From Octopus vulgaris (Eukaryota), in assembly GCA_951406725.2 (NCBI GenBank), contig OX597833.1:72850001-72914000 (forward strand): DNA of 64,000 bases, in the 5' to 3' direction. Below are positions 1-13,094 of the stretch, in pieces; within the stretch, counting starts at the first letter, position 1; the number at the start of each line of letters is the position of its first letter. Both the position numbers and the translations under genes were made by a program. The notes below the pieces were generated by a model. It made no database searches. It had not been told where the DNA came from and saw only the letters and a list, made by a program, of their open reading frames with translations.

Positions 1-160
1 GTACTCTTTCGCCCCAACTTTCTCTCACTCTTTCTTCCTGTTTCTTGGGTAACGCTGCAATGGACTGGCGTCCCGACCAGCTGGGGGGAAAACATACGCC
101 ACAGAAACCAGGAAACCGGGCCCATGGCTAGGCTTGAAAAGGGCGCATAAATAAAAATAA
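1..160 (+). mobile_element. 3' part of a SINE-like interspersed repeat (same family as 3548-3750)
   Basis: ACTCTTTC..CAACTTTC..CACTCTTTCTTCCTGTTTC is shared with 3700-3737; ends in an A-rich (AAAT/AAT) tail. Confidence 0.6.
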
Positions 161-199
161 TAATGCATATATATACATGTGTGGGTATATATACATACA

Positions 200-527
200 T
201 GGCTCCGTGGTTAGAGCGTCGAGCTTATGACCGTGAGGTTGTGAGTTCGAATTCCGGACCGGGCTGCGTCTTGTGTTCCTGAGCAAGACCCTTTATTTCA
301 CGTTGCTCCAGTTCATTCAGCTGTAGAAAATGAGTTGTGACGTCACTGGTGCCAAGCTGTATCGGCCCCTTTGCCTTTCCCTTGGATAACATCAGTGGTG
401 TGGAGAGGGGGAGACTGGTATGCATGGGTGACTGCTGGTCTTCCATAAACAACCTTACCAGGACTTGTGCCTCGGAGGGTAACTTCCTAGGTGCAATCCC
501 ATGGTCATTCGTGACCGAAAGGCGTCT
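200..527 (+). mobile_element. tRNA-derived SINE (family A)
   Basis: Pol III A-box-like TGGTTAGAGCG and B-box GAGTTCGAATTCC, then GTGTTCCTGAGCAAGAC body; closely similar copy at 14046-14333. Confidence 0.85.
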
Positions 528-1365
528 ATAATACATATAATACACAGACACACAGATACACGTGTTTGCGCATGTGTATATGTGTGTGTGTGTGTGTGTC
601 TGTCTATCTGTGTGTGTGTGTCTTAGTGATGTGCTACAATGCACATATTGTCATGCGAATAAGTGCTCAACGCATTGTGTATGGCGACGTTTATGGATTC
701 AGGCTGCAACGTATAAACAGTCGCCATTTATTGTGGAAAACAACTTTAGTCATATTTAAAGCCTTTCATTAGGCGTGTTTTGTTTTTTTCGCAAACCATT
801 TTCCTCAAAGAGACACAACGAAATATAAAGACTGAATGTGGTCAGCGAAAGAAATCACTGAAACACGTGCCCTAAAATTGGATTAATTATTTTTTTCTCG
901 CACCTTTGAGCCAAAGGAAAGATTGAGGGTGTGAATGCTGTAAGGAGAGAGATCTGCTCCGCCAAGTTGATATTCTCGGTCAATGAACCGGAAAAAGCCT
1001 AGAGTTATGCGATTTGCTCAAGGTAACAATGCACCAGAAATCGAACCCACAATCTTACGATCACGACCCAAACACTTTAATTACGACACTCCTTCATGCC
1101 TACTATTGGCAACATCTTTAGGGCATTGGATTGGAATGTCTGGTGATATTCATTTCGGCTTCTTTCATTTTGAGCCGAAATTCTGCCAAAGTCAAACGCT
1201 GTCTTTGAACTTTCCGAATCGTCGGAGCGTTAGAGCAGTATTCGTTCTGGTTCTTTGTGCTTTGACTTCAAATCCCAGCGCAGTCAACTTGAGTGCTTAA
1301 CTGAATCGAATTAAATTAAATGCACCGAAGGGGTATATATATATAAAAGGATATTATTATTGATA

Positions 1366-1370
<5 letters not shown>

Positions 1371-1431
<61 letters not shown>
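1371..1431. repeat. (AAT)n microsatellite
   Basis: Direct reading; source of the poly-Leu ORF 1316..1537. Confidence 0.95.
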
Positions 1432-3547
1432 GTGGCAAGTTTAAAGACATTATGGTACAGTGTATATGCACCGAAGGAGTAGGTGGAGAATTAACAGCAT
1501 CCCCATCTGCTCCTTTGGTCCCTTTAGAGGGGTCCATTCTGCTGCAGAGAATCTTTTCTTCCTCTCCCTGGAAGCCCCTTCCTTCTGTTCATATTTCAAT
1601 CCGAATTGGTTGGTGTTGTTAAAGATGTGGCCCCTGACGTGCTTCCACCGATTCTATCCACCAAAGATGTCTCGCCCCGCTAAAAATAACAGCCGTCTAA
1701 ACACTCCCTCCACTTACATCTTGCAGTCTTGAAAATAGATGAAGATCGCGAGAAAATACAGACGGGATGGTCGCAGCTGGAACCCTCTGATAATAGGGTT
1801 ATCAGAGGTAAGGCTACCCCAATCTCACCGACAATAGCAATAACATAACCACGGTGGGATTTGAACTCAGGGCGTAAAGAGATGCATCTAAATATCACAA
1901 AAGACCTTGTCAGGAACTCCACTGCTTTAAGCAACCCTCACTTAGATTATATCATAATAAAAAGGTTATATCAAACCATAATAGAAACTATCCACAGAAT
2001 CCAGAGGTTCTGACTCCCTTTTTTAATGTCTGAGTGAGTCATTAATCGAGAGTAACAAATGACCAGGTCCATTCATTCGCTCCTTCTTTCCTTCCTTCCT
2101 TCCTTCCTTCCCTCCTTCCTTCCTTTTTTCCTTCATTAACTCATTCATTAACTCATTCATTAATGTTATTCGTTTCCTTCCCTCATTTTCTATTTTTCCA
2201 TACAGAAAAGATGAATTCATTGAAAATCATTCAAATCATCATTTTTACAACCCAGAATTTATTTATATATTATAATATATTGATGTGTCTAGCCATTAAT
2301 AGGATTATCGCGGCAACAGGCGAGAAACCTGTTTTCGCAGACGATACTGTGTCAACGCAGAGAAAGTCAGGCTGCCATGGGTGGAGTGCATATTGAGTGA
2401 GTCACCAATCGTTGGATGAGAACGCAATGGCTTCTGGGAGCCATCAGTCATCAGATGCAACAAGCTCTGCTTAAACAAATCGAAGATTGTGTTGCTTGCT
2501 TCTCTGAGTCAACAGAGTTAATAGATCATTTGTTTGTTGTGTGATTTTGTTTAGTTTATGTAATTAATACCACTTTTTTCCTTCGTTAGCTTCCGATATC
2601 AAGTGGTGGCGGGGTTAATCGTTGTTCAAGGAAACGAAATTGAACCACAAATTTTATAAAACAGGATCCACTGACGTCATTGTTCAAATGTCAGTTCATA
2701 TAATCGTGTTAGTATTGGTGTGGTGGGTTTCGTATTCCAAGGACAGCAATTCTAAAGACTTTATTTCCAGCCGATCTAAGCCAAAATACTATAAACCCAT
2801 TGCAGACTCATTCCTTCTTGAAATTTTCTCACGGATAAAGTTCAAATTAGAGAAATAATAAAGCGAAACTTTTTTTTTTTGTTGATGTTGTTTTAGCTGC
2901 CTCCCTTCCACTTATAGAAATGGACTCTGCCATCTGGTGCTGTTGCTTATTTACAAAAACAGCCCATCTGGATCATTTTACGTCTGCATTAACGACAGAA
3001 ATAAAGATGGCTGGTCTTTCCGCTTTCATTCTGTTATTCTGGTGATGTTGCTGCTGTTCTTGTTGCGTAGCCCTAGGCCATCTCTGACTGAACAGACTTA
3101 TGAGCAAAGGCACTCTAGCCATGACCATCAATTCATTTTGTTTATCCAGGACTGCATTGTCTAAGTGAAGACTCCTTTTTTAAATGGTTGGGCGTGATGT
3201 ATGTCTGCATGTGTGTATGTATGTATGTATGTATGTATGTATGTATGTATGTATGTGTGTCTATGTATGTATGTATGTATGTATGTCTGCATGTGTGTAT
3301 GTATGTATGTATGTATGTATCCTATGAAGTGAGTACACGTGTGTCTTCATCGTGCGTGGCACTCCGTCGGTTGCGACGACGAGGGTTCCAGTTCATCCGA
3401 TCAACGGAACAGCCTGCTCATGAAATTAACGTGCAAGTGGCTGAGCACTCCACAGACCCGTGTACCCTTAACGTATTTCTCGGGGAGATTCAGTGTGACA
3501 CAGACATGACAGACATGAATGTATTTAGTGTTATGCCTCACGATGCG

Positions 3548-3750
3548 AGGAGGTGCAATGGCCATGCGGTTAGGGCAGCGGAATCGCGGCCGGAGGGTCG
3601 CGGTTTCGATTCCCAGAATGAGAGTTGTGAGTGTTTATTGAACGAAAACACCTAATGCTCCACGAGGTTCCGGCAGGGGGTGGTGCCGAACCCTGCTGGA
3701 CTCTTTCACCACAACTTTCACTCTTTCTTCCTGTTTCTCTTGTACCTGTA
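3548..3750 (+). mobile_element. tRNA-derived SINE (family B)
   Basis: tRNA-like head GGTGCAATGGCC..GGTTAGGGCAGCGG..GGTTTCGATTCCC; 3' body matches 1-45. Confidence 0.7.
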
Positions 3751-3903
3751 TTTCTCCGGTTGTAAACTTGGAAACTGAAGACTGGTGATGTGATTCCATC
3801 ATCGGGGGGGGGGGGGACGCCGGTTGCTCTCGTTCAAACTTTGATCTTGAATTTCTATAATTTGGAATTTCTATGTATCACTTTTCATTTTGAACTCAAT
3901 GAC

Positions 3904-3944
<41 letters not shown>

Positions 3945-5299
3945 TGATGATGATGATGAGGTCACATTGATGTTATCGTAGGCTCCTCTCTGCACATAAG
4001 ATAAAAATGGGATGGTCATAAATGGAATGTGTTACATCGTTGGTCTTCTTGATCGGGATTGATGCAGAGCTAAACACCGACAACGAACAGAAAATGACGT
4101 CACTGTTGGAATGGAAAGTAACTTTCGATAGCAACACTTGGAGTGACTAAATGCAATGACATCATCGCTCGATCGTTCATGTCTCAGCGTTTAAATGACT
4201 AATTAGAACGATGTCAATGAAGCGCTTAATTAAATTGAGTAATGTCGATCATAAGGAGCACAACAACAACAACAGGAGCTCTCTTTAAGGAGCTGTATTG
4301 ATTTCTTTCCTGTTTTTTTTTTTGTGAAGTTTGTGTAAAGGTTTACAAGTTGCTTGTGGCGGGGATGGGCGAAACGAGATTGTGGCAGACGTCGGTGTAA
4401 ATGGGAGCTCAGCGAAATGGTTAACAGGTTCACTTCGCACTCCTGCGGTAACAGGTTCGATCCACGGCACGAATATATTGAGCAAGTCTTTTCTTCGATA
4501 TCCTATGGGTGACACTAGTAGATGGAAACTGTGTAGAAGCCTACAGGGATAGACTGTACCTACAAATCAAAGGTCTAGGTCAACGGTTCCCAACCGGGGT
4601 CCATACAAGATTACTTTTCCTTAACATTTATCGGCAATAAATTGGTTCGACTTCTGAAATATCTCAACAATACTTTTTTTTTTCAATTCTTGATAATATT
4701 TAATTATTAGAATATAATGGGATTTTTTTTTAAGCATGGGATCCAGTAGAGTAGAATAGGGAAATGAAAGGGACCCACTGGGCTGGACTATGACTGTGGC
4801 TTGCTTTATGTATTGAGTCCTTTCTTTTTCGTTTGTGAAACAAAACACACACATCATCATCATCATCATCATCATTTTTACGTCTGGCTTTGTTTTTCTT
4901 CATCACAAACGGTCAATGTTCAAATCGGGCCGCAGGCGACTGAACAAGCCTTGTAGGTGGGCGGGGATGGGGTTCGAGTGGGGGTGGATATAATCCAAAA
5001 ACGTGTGTCTGTGACTGACACCCTTATTATGTCGGGATTGGATTAAACAGATGTTGTGTTATATGTGCAGATGGTGGGGTGAGGGTGACGCAGGTGGTGG
5101 TGGTGCTGCTGCTTGAGGGGATTGCGGCGGTGGAGGTGGAGGTGGCGGTCGTCATCATCTCATGATGAAGCAGGTGATAAGAGGGGTGGGTATGGTGGTG
5201 GTGGTGGTGGTGGTCGTCGTCGTCGTCGTCGTCGTCGTTGCGGTGTCAGTGTGTCTCCAGATCTAACCACTGCTCAAGTAAATCTTTCGGCAAATATTT

Positions 5300-5482
5300 A
5301 GTTGGTCGCTCAACCCGCTAGAAATAGGAACCAAGTTTCCCTCAAATCTTACCCTATCGTTTTAAGAATGGCACAAATATACGAAATAAATCAGGTGTGA
5401 TCACGGCTGGAACGTCTTTGATCCTAATTTTGCTCAGAGTAGTCTGACCTGAAGCTATACGACAACAACAACAGCAACAACA
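5300..5482 (+). mobile_element. Representative copy of a very abundant ~180-bp dispersed element (core GCTAGAAATAGCAGCCAAATCTCCCTCAAAT, (CAA)n-like tail)
   Basis: Core motif recurs by eye >20 times on both strands (e.g. 10607, 33222, 43290, 44108, 48817, 53846, 57189, 59578, 59776, 63478; minus at 36315, 56237, 62780); ends in GCTAAACAACAAC-type tail. Confidence 0.75.
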
Positions 5483-5582
5483 AGGGTTGGAAACCAAACC
5501 TTCGAATGGTTCAGAGTCTGGTCTTACAACAGCGCCCCCACCCGTCCCCTTTAATCGGATACAAGAGATTATAGCATCACAG

Positions 5583-5617
<35 letters not shown>

Positions 5618-5937
5618 TTTGTTATAATAGGAGGAAGAGCCCTACAGACACGAACAAAGCCAAGTCATTCTATTCTGTCTGTCTGTCTTATTCTTTCAGT
5701 TAAGATTAACCCCAACAACTAACTTTCTTTCCTCATTCAACCCCCACCTCCACCACCACCGTTCCACCTCAGCCTCCAGATCCTCTTTTCTGTCTCTAAA
5801 CCTTCTCACAATGTTTGGGTCCCTACAGGTTGTCGATGGTTTCGGGTGTTTGCTGCAACGTTTTATGTGATCAGTCGATTCCATTCTCTGGTGGAGGGAG
5901 TTAGCGAACATGCAGACAACGCGTGCGCAGATAGAAA

Positions 5938-6052
5938 TATATATCACAAAAGGATGAAATGGAATAAACAGAACCGGAGGAGACACATGGGAGGGAGAGT
6001 CACTGATGAGGTCACAGAGTGTGCGACGAAAGAACTTTGACAGACAAATAAA
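5938..6052 (+). promoter_or_regulatory. Putative TATA-like element and non-coding first exon of the MIEAP-domain gene
   Basis: TATATA at ~5938-5944; donor AA|GTAAGA at 6052/6053; splicing to acceptor 6691 places TAA (6049-6051) in frame upstream of ATG 6714. Confidence 0.4.
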
Positions 6053-6328
6053 GTAAGACTAATACGAATAAAAACTAAAGTGAAGCTCAAATAGGGTGTG
6101 TTTAACTGGTAAAAAGAAAATGATCGAATGTGTATGTGTATTGACAACAGCCAGCAGACCGACACTTCGAAGTCACTGTCAACCCTGTTCTTGCAAAAGT
6201 TTAATAAATACTTATTCTACAAAAAGTATTGAGTAATTCTTCAGTTTTAATGTTAAATTGTTTTTATATATAACCTGACATATAAAAAAAAAGCTTTGAT
6301 ATATGTGCGAGTGTTGGCAGACGCCTGC

Positions 6329-6382
<54 letters not shown>

Positions 6383-6713
6383 TTATGTCTATATGTATGT
6401 CCGTATATGTGTGTGAAGGGAGCGAGAGAGAGAGAGATTTTGTAGTTTTTCTCTTGGGATTCTCTGATGATGTTATCGGCCGAACGTGTTTAAACAAGAT
6501 GAGAAATCTGATTTGATTCGCATTTCTGTTTGACTTTATTGCTTTTCATATGTTTTATAATAGATATGAATCATATCAATTCCATGAGTTGTCGGAGCCC
6601 CTCCAAAGTTTTTGGGGGGAGCGAATTGAGAACTGCCCGTTCTTTGTGATTAAATCCTAGTTCTAATATGTGTCTGTCTTTTCGTTTTAGGTACGCAAAG
6701 AAAAGAACAGAAG

Positions 6714-7285
6714 ATGTCGGAGGGTGGGAAAAAAGACTTAGTGACCGATGCCAAGTCGTTTTGCGACAGTCTCGGCAATGTTTTCGTCGTGAAGAAGCGA
6801 GATGCTCAGAGTCGACATCTTCTGAATCAAGCCAAATGTCTGATCGAATCGTTGCTGGAGGAGAACCAGCGGCTGTCGTCGGTCGGTGGCACGCCCCGCG
6901 TGAAGCGCAGCGGGGGCAGCATGGGTCAACTGTGGATGAAACTGGATGAAATGAAACGCGAAAACGAAGAACTGAAGCGGCAGCTGGGCAAGTCTCATGA
7001 TGAACGTCCTGCGGTGAATAAATCGCAGGGTCCCGGGGAGGTCATCATAGCCGAGATGCACAAAACCAAGGCCGAGAACGTCAGTTTGAAAAGTGAACTG
7101 GATAAAATTCAGAAAACCTTGCAAGAGATGAATATGATAAACACAAACTTGCAGGACGAATACAAGCGATTGAGGATCGCTTTGGACACGGCCAACCAAT
7201 CGCTGGAACATTCTCGATGCGAATATAAAAGTCTGGAAAACAGCCTCACGAATGCGAAAAAGGAAAATGAATTGCTCAAACAACG
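6714..7285 (+). CDS. MIEAP-domain (SPATA18-like) protein, coding exon 1: coiled-coil region
   Basis: Acceptor TTTTAG|G at 6690/6691, AAGATGT start context, heptad-rich ORF MSEGGKKD..ENELLKQR, donor CG|GTAAG (phase 2) at 7285/7286; GC-rich versus flanks. Confidence 0.88.
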
Positions 7286-8421
7286 GTAAGTCTTCGATTC
7301 CTACGAATCTCTTATCTTGTACTTGCCTCAGTCGTTGACCTGCGGTCATACTGGAGCACCATCTGGGAAGGCTTTCATCGAAAAGATCGCCTCACTACTT
7401 ATTTCGTTTTTAAATCTGGTAGGTATTCTATGAAAGTGTCGGGTTCGCTTGGCAGCATCCCTGGTCAAGTGATGGGAATCTACAAAGGCAAACAGGCACA
7501 GGATCCACTTCTACATTGCTTCCGTCTACCAAATTCCCTCACGAGGCATTGGTCAACCCAGGGTCTAGTCGAAGACACTTGCCACGAGGTTCTACCTGGT
7601 GGCAAAGCGAGTTTCTTAACTCCCCACGCCTCGCACCTATAAATTTACAATATCCTTTCTATCTTGTTGTTGTTGTTGTTATTGGTTTCAGTCACAATCT
7701 TAGTCTTTGTGTTAAGTCTTCTGTTATAATCCCATTGACATCTCAGGTAATATATTCGAATACTAACCCTACCCAAGTACTTCTTTTATTGACTCCGGAC
7801 GGATGAAAGGCTGGTCCTATGTTTGTCCTCATTCATCAGACTTACAATCCAATGCATTCCATCGGTGACCAACCAGCATTTCTATTTTCTAGACATCGTA
7901 TACCCTAAATAACATTACCCAGTATATATATATATATATATATATAATTTTGTTAGACGTATGATTTTTCAGATCTAGCTGTTATTTCGGCCGACCACTT
8001 AGAGGGTCCCTCGTTGATTAATTATAAATTACTAACATAGAGAAGGGGGGCATGTAGCACAATTTTTAGCTCATCTTTGGTTTTTCGGCAGAAAGCCTAC
8101 AAATGAATGTTGCGGTCATATATGTAACAAACTCTCATTGTGTTCCTGTGTTCTAGTATGACCCCTTAATCTTGAGATATCCCAAAGACTTGTAAATCTA
8201 TGATGCTCCCTCCCTCTCTGCTACAGATCTTTTCTGCCCATCTCCAGATTTCGTTACAAATTCCCTCTCAACACATGGCTATGATACTCCCCCACTACTT
8301 CTGCTCATGATCAGAGATGTACATATCGTCAGCCACTAAGGGACATGCTCAACTGGTTATGGTCAAACAACTGACAAGCAAATCTGTGGTATTGAGCAGA
8401 ATATTTGCTGTAGCCCATCTT

Positions 8422-8436
8422 TTATTATTATTATTA

Positions 8437-8507
<71 letters not shown>
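8422..8507. repeat. (TTA)n microsatellite abutting the 3' end of an R4/Dong-like LINE
   Basis: Direct reading. Confidence 0.95.
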
Positions 8508-8510
<3 letters not shown>

Positions 8511-9663
8511 TAGTTTTATATTTATATCGTGCTTTCACTTCACTACTGAGCGCAGCTCTGTGTGCCTTGGGTATTTGCCGTGGTTTGCTGTGATGCTCTT
8601 ATGGTTACTGTATTGAGAGTGTTTTGCGTAGGATGTGTGCAGTGCCCAGTAGTGCAATTTTCTGTATGTTATGTATATTTGTAAGTCCTAGTATTTTTGT
8701 TATGTATTTGTCTGAATATTTTTTTATCATATCTAATGCACCCACTATGATAGGAATTGTTTCTGTTTTTAGATTCCACATACGAGTTACCTCTATTTCC
8801 AGGTCTTTGTATTTTGAAAGTTTCTCCATTTCTTTTAGAGAAACGTTGTCATCAATTAGAAAGCATTTTTTTCTTCATGATCTCTGACAACTATTTTTAA
8901 AAATCCTTCAGTCTCTACTTTGAGTCCTGAGCTTCTCAACCATTGTTGGGATTTTTCTTTGTCTATTTCTTTTGCGTTTAGTTTAGCCCAGTATTTGCCA
9001 TGCAGGGGCTTTTCTTGCCATCGTTTTATCAAGGTCCGTTGCTGTTCTAGTTTTAGTTTGGATTCATTTGTTTTATAGCTTTTGTCGTTTCTTCTTGTTC
9101 TTCATATTTATTAGGTAGTATGACTTCTTGTTTGTATTTGTCAGCTTCCTTAAATACTGAAAACAGTATTTTGTTTTGCTCGTGTTTTGAGGCTATTTGT
9201 ATTAGTTTTCCTTGCTTCTGATGTAGGTATTTTTGCAGTCCTCTGGTGGTTATTTTATAATAGTTTTTCCAGCCTCTACCACCTTTTATACATTGTACCT
9301 ATAGCCTTTCTAAGTCAGATTTTGGGTGGTGCATCCAAGATCCTGTCATTATTTTTCTTGTTTTCCTGTCTATTTTGGTTAGTTCATTTAGTGTCCAGTT
9401 AAGGATATTGTAGTTGTAACTTATAACTGGGACAGCTAGAGTGTTGATACCTATTATCTTGTTTTTAGCATTGAGCTCTGTTTTCAGTATTGATCTAACT
9501 CATCTATAGTAGTCGTCTTTCTTTATTTTCTCTTTCATTTGTGTGTGTTGTATCGTAACTAGTTCATTGATTCCTAAATATTTGCATGTCTGGCTTTGGT
9601 CTAATTCCCTTATTTCATTGGCTTTATCTGGTGTTATGTTGCTACTCTTAACTAGTTTTCCTC
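8508..9663 (-). mobile_element. 5'-truncated, internally deleted R4/Dong-like (restriction-like endonuclease) non-LTR retrotransposon
   Basis: Minus-strand translation gives KRGKLV..KYLGINE (end of RT), INTLAVPVISY, MHHPKSD, WQEKPLHGKY and C-terminal EKLSKYKDLEIEVTRMW..IPIIVGAL..IQKIALLGTAHILRKTL; TAA repeats on both sides. Confidence 0.85.
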
Positions 9664-9718
9664 TTTATTATTATCGTTATTATAATTATATATGTTATTA
9701 TTGTTGTTGTTGTTGTTG

Positions 9719-9782
<64 letters not shown>

Positions 9783-9802
9783 CATTATTACCTGTCTTTC
9801 AG

Positions 9803-10013
9803 GTTGTCCAGTAGTCCTGCGAAACCACCAATAGCTGCGAGGAGAGATAACCGTCAGGTGGAGAATATCAACGAGCAATGTCGGCCGTCGATTGTGGCCA
9901 GGAAGTATGACAGGTTGGAAAGCCAAGAGTGGTTGGATGCCAAAGAGAGTCTTGAAGACACGACCAACAGAGATGAAGAGGAGATTGTCAAGTTCCTCTG
10001 TTTCATGCTCATG
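9803..10013 (+). CDS. MIEAP-domain protein, coding exon 2
   Basis: Acceptor CTTTCAG|G, phase matches exon 1; LSSSPAK..CRPSIVARKYDRLESQEWLDAKESL..LCFMLM (start of MIEAP domain, RPxx..Y..L..QEW.DA); donor ATG|GTATGA. Confidence 0.9.
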
Positions 10014-10174
10014 GTATGACGAAAAATAAATGTTTCCTCTTTCTATGTTGACACACAAAACTAAACCATTTCTAAAACCAGCCACTCACAACAGAAACGC
10101 ACAAGTTCTAACGTAGTCTTTCGATTTGCTAGACATGGCAGCTATTATCCCTCAAATTCCACTCTACAAGTTGT

Positions 10175-10366
10175 TTAACCGTTTTCTTACCATATTTCTC
10201 TTGAAGTTTATTGACATCGTTTCAATTAATTTAGAAACTTATGAAGAATTTAGTAAAATGACGTCATTGTTCAGTTGACGTTTGGAATTAACGTGGAATT
10301 TTGGTTGAGATTATTTCAAAGTAGGAAGATTATACCATGAGGGCAGGGCGGTCTCAAGGGGGTTAA
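10175..10366. mobile_element. piggyBac-like MITE (TTAA-flanked)
   Basis: TTAA-CC...GG-TTAA ends (TTAA at 10175-10178 and 10363-10366); related degenerate copies at ~33940-34140, ~40195-40340, ~54290-54445. Confidence 0.5.
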
Positions 10367-10889
10367 AATAAAATACATCGGATTACGACATCGGGGTGCA
10401 TAGTACGGGGAAACAGTTGAGACAGCCATGGTTGGAATGTCCTCCTTGATTCAGAGCGTCTATTTAATTGGGGTTAAGCAACAATAACAACAAAACATTC
10501 TCAACAAGGCATTCAATAAATTAACATAAAATGCATCAGATGAAGAACATCGCCCTCTACCTCTATTAACCGACCAACCAACTGACCACGGGATCACTCA
10601 TCGTTTTAGAAATAGCAGTCAGAATCTCCCTATGTCACATTTTCGATAATGTAGTCCTAGATAGACTATGTAGGAAAAAATAAAGAAAGGACAGGGTGAA
10701 CATGGCTGGAACACTTCCATCATGGGTCAGCGCGATTAAAGCTGAAAAGCTGAGTTGCGGTTGCTGAACCAGAGAGACGACGACGTCAACGACTTAGAAT
10801 ACGGCCACATGTGGGATTTGGTGTGATCCCACATGTGGGATTTGGTGTGATCTAGTGATAATGATAATTATTATAATTATAATAATACT

Positions 10890-11049
10890 CATTCTACAGA
10901 AAGTTTGTCTCTTGGGTAGAGCAAGGATTAACAGGAAGGTTCTAAGCATTTGAAAGGGTGCCGAAAGCTTGTGGATACCTAAGGTTACAGGTAGTAACCC
11001 GCTACCTACATAAATCCTACCAGGAATAAGACCAAACCTGGGCCAAACC

Positions 11050-11100
<51 letters not shown>
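10890..11100 (+). mobile_element. 3' end of a third R4/Dong-like LINE followed by (TAA)n
   Basis: LQKVCLLGRARINRKVLSI* matches the C-termini of the other two copies; short 3' UTR then (AAT)n 11050-11100; TAA-like repeat also 5' of it. Confidence 0.7.
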
Positions 11101-11411
11101 TGGTTACAAGAGTCCATACGTTCAAAACAAAACGTATTATATCAAAGGGTTTACAAAGCATGTGGTAATGTAAGCACACACACACAAATTTGTTGGGAGA
11201 CACCTCTGTGATCACTTCGTCTGGTTTTCGTTTCAAAAGCTCGTTGCACACGATTTCACGCGCTGTACTTGATAGAGCAGACATCTTGTCTCACGTTGGC
11301 CAGGGCTCCTTCCAACTTCTCGATCAAAAAGCATACGGCAGCCTTTCTCTGTTTGTTGCTGTTGTTGTTGTTACTATTATTATTTTTATTACAGTTGTTA
11401 TTATTCATATA

Positions 11412-12590
11412 CTCACAACAGATTAGACTTTTGGAAAAGAAAAGAATCCTAACAACAGGTAACCTTAGATGCCAAGAACCCTCCTAAGCATCCAAGCTGT
11501 CCCTAATAACACTGTTTTCTGGATCTCTACTAAACTGGATTTTATGCCTATTTCCTCTATACATCTATTCAGATCTTTAGGGATAGTTCCTTATGCACCT
11601 ATAACCACTGGGATACAGTTTACCCACTCTTTCCATAGTCTCTGTAACCCAATGCCTAGGTCCTGATACTTTACTATTTCCTCTATACCTCTCATATTGA
11701 TCTTTTCATCATTTGGGACTGTAAAGTCAATTATCTGCCACTTTCTATTCTCTTTATCTGCTACTACTAAATCAGGCCTTCTAGCTTCTATTACTCTGTC
11801 AGTCTGAATGTTAAAGTCCCACAACATCTTGTATTTCTTACTTTCTTGTACTTTACTAGGTTCATGTTCATACCATTTATCAGTATGTTCAAATCCTAGC
11901 TTTCTACAGTGGATTACTCTCCCTAAGTTGTCATGTCTTTTCTTGTATTCTTTCAGTGCCAGCGTGCTACATTCACCTACTAAATGAGTAACATTTTCCT
12001 CTGTTGATTTGCATAATCTACATTGGAAATCTACTCGGTTTTTGTCTATCTTAGCTTTTATCCGATTACTCCTTAATGCTTGATCTTGTGCAGCTACTAA
12101 CAAACTTTCTGTCTCCCTCTTCAGCTTTCCCTTCTGCAGCCATAACCATGTCTCACTACCGGTCAGATAACTTCTGTTCTTTTTCTGATTTTAAAGTTCG
12201 TTTTGGTGTTTTGGTTTCCATGTCTTGCTGTGATTCTAGCAACTTTCTTCACTATTGCCTAAATAGGAGTCTATAGCTACTCCAGCTATAGACTCCACGC
12301 AGTCTTCCACTGATATTAACCCTCTTTCACCTTCCTTTCTAGGTAGGTATAATCTTGCTAGTCCTGCCCTTAGCTGGAGTCCTAGTTCTTCTGTCTAGCT
12401 TTGCTAATTCAGTTTTTTCCAATCTACAAATACTGCTGAGTGTCTAAGTAATGATACTCCCCAAATATTTATAGTCTTCACTAAATTCGGACCATTTAGA
12501 TTTCATTCACTTCTTCACCCTTCTGATATACTGCTAAATTTTCGCTTCCATTTCTGTAGTTAGTACTCTGTCAGATTCTAATACTCCTGG
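11412..12590 (-). mobile_element. R4/Dong-like RLE non-LTR retrotransposon fragment
   Basis: ORF 11591..12103: AAQDQAL, CCHC knuckle CRLC..E..TH..GEC, RHD, WDFNIQTD..RRPDLVV..IIDF (PD-D endonuclease), KYQDL; C-terminus IQKTVLLGTAWMLRRVLGI*; 3' end in degenerate TAA/CAA repeat. Confidence 0.9.
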
Positions 12591-13094
12591 ATACTTTCGC
12601 CCGGATGTTTTGCGTTCTTGTCCCATTTTGTATTTTATTATATATATATATATATATATATATACTCACATACATACATACACACATGTACATATATACA
12701 CGTACGTACATATATAATATGCATATGTGCAATGGATACATGTCCCTTGTTCCTTTTGTTTATTTGTGAAAAACAAATCACTTCAAAGTTTGTTGTGTCG
12801 TTTGGATTCTCTAGAAAAAGCAAGTGGAAGCAATCGAGTTTTCATTAGAGAAAGAGAAATTCATCTTCCGAACATTCACGAAGACATTTTCAATGATGAG
12901 GTACTTAAAAAGAAAAAGCCATCATGAATATAATAGACACAGATTATGTCATCCGAGATCTGATGAGATGAGTCCGTCCTAAGTGACCACGAAACTTTAA
13001 GTCGTATGGCACCGAGTCAAACTGTTATTAAATAGTGCATGTGTGTGTGTGTGTGTGTGCAAATATATGCACCAGATAGATAGATAGATTTATA

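Noticed and set aside
1440-1720. GC-richer block after (AAT)n, possible LINE ORF2 end or exon
   Set aside because: No clear motif or splice pair
5085-5240. Gly/Arg-rich ORF 5113..5301
   Set aside because: Compound (GGT)n/(CGT)n trinucleotide repeats with no exon borders
6738-7349. 203-aa minus-strand ORF
   Set aside because: Antisense shadow of the GC-rich MIEAP exon 1; no recognisable motif or splice support
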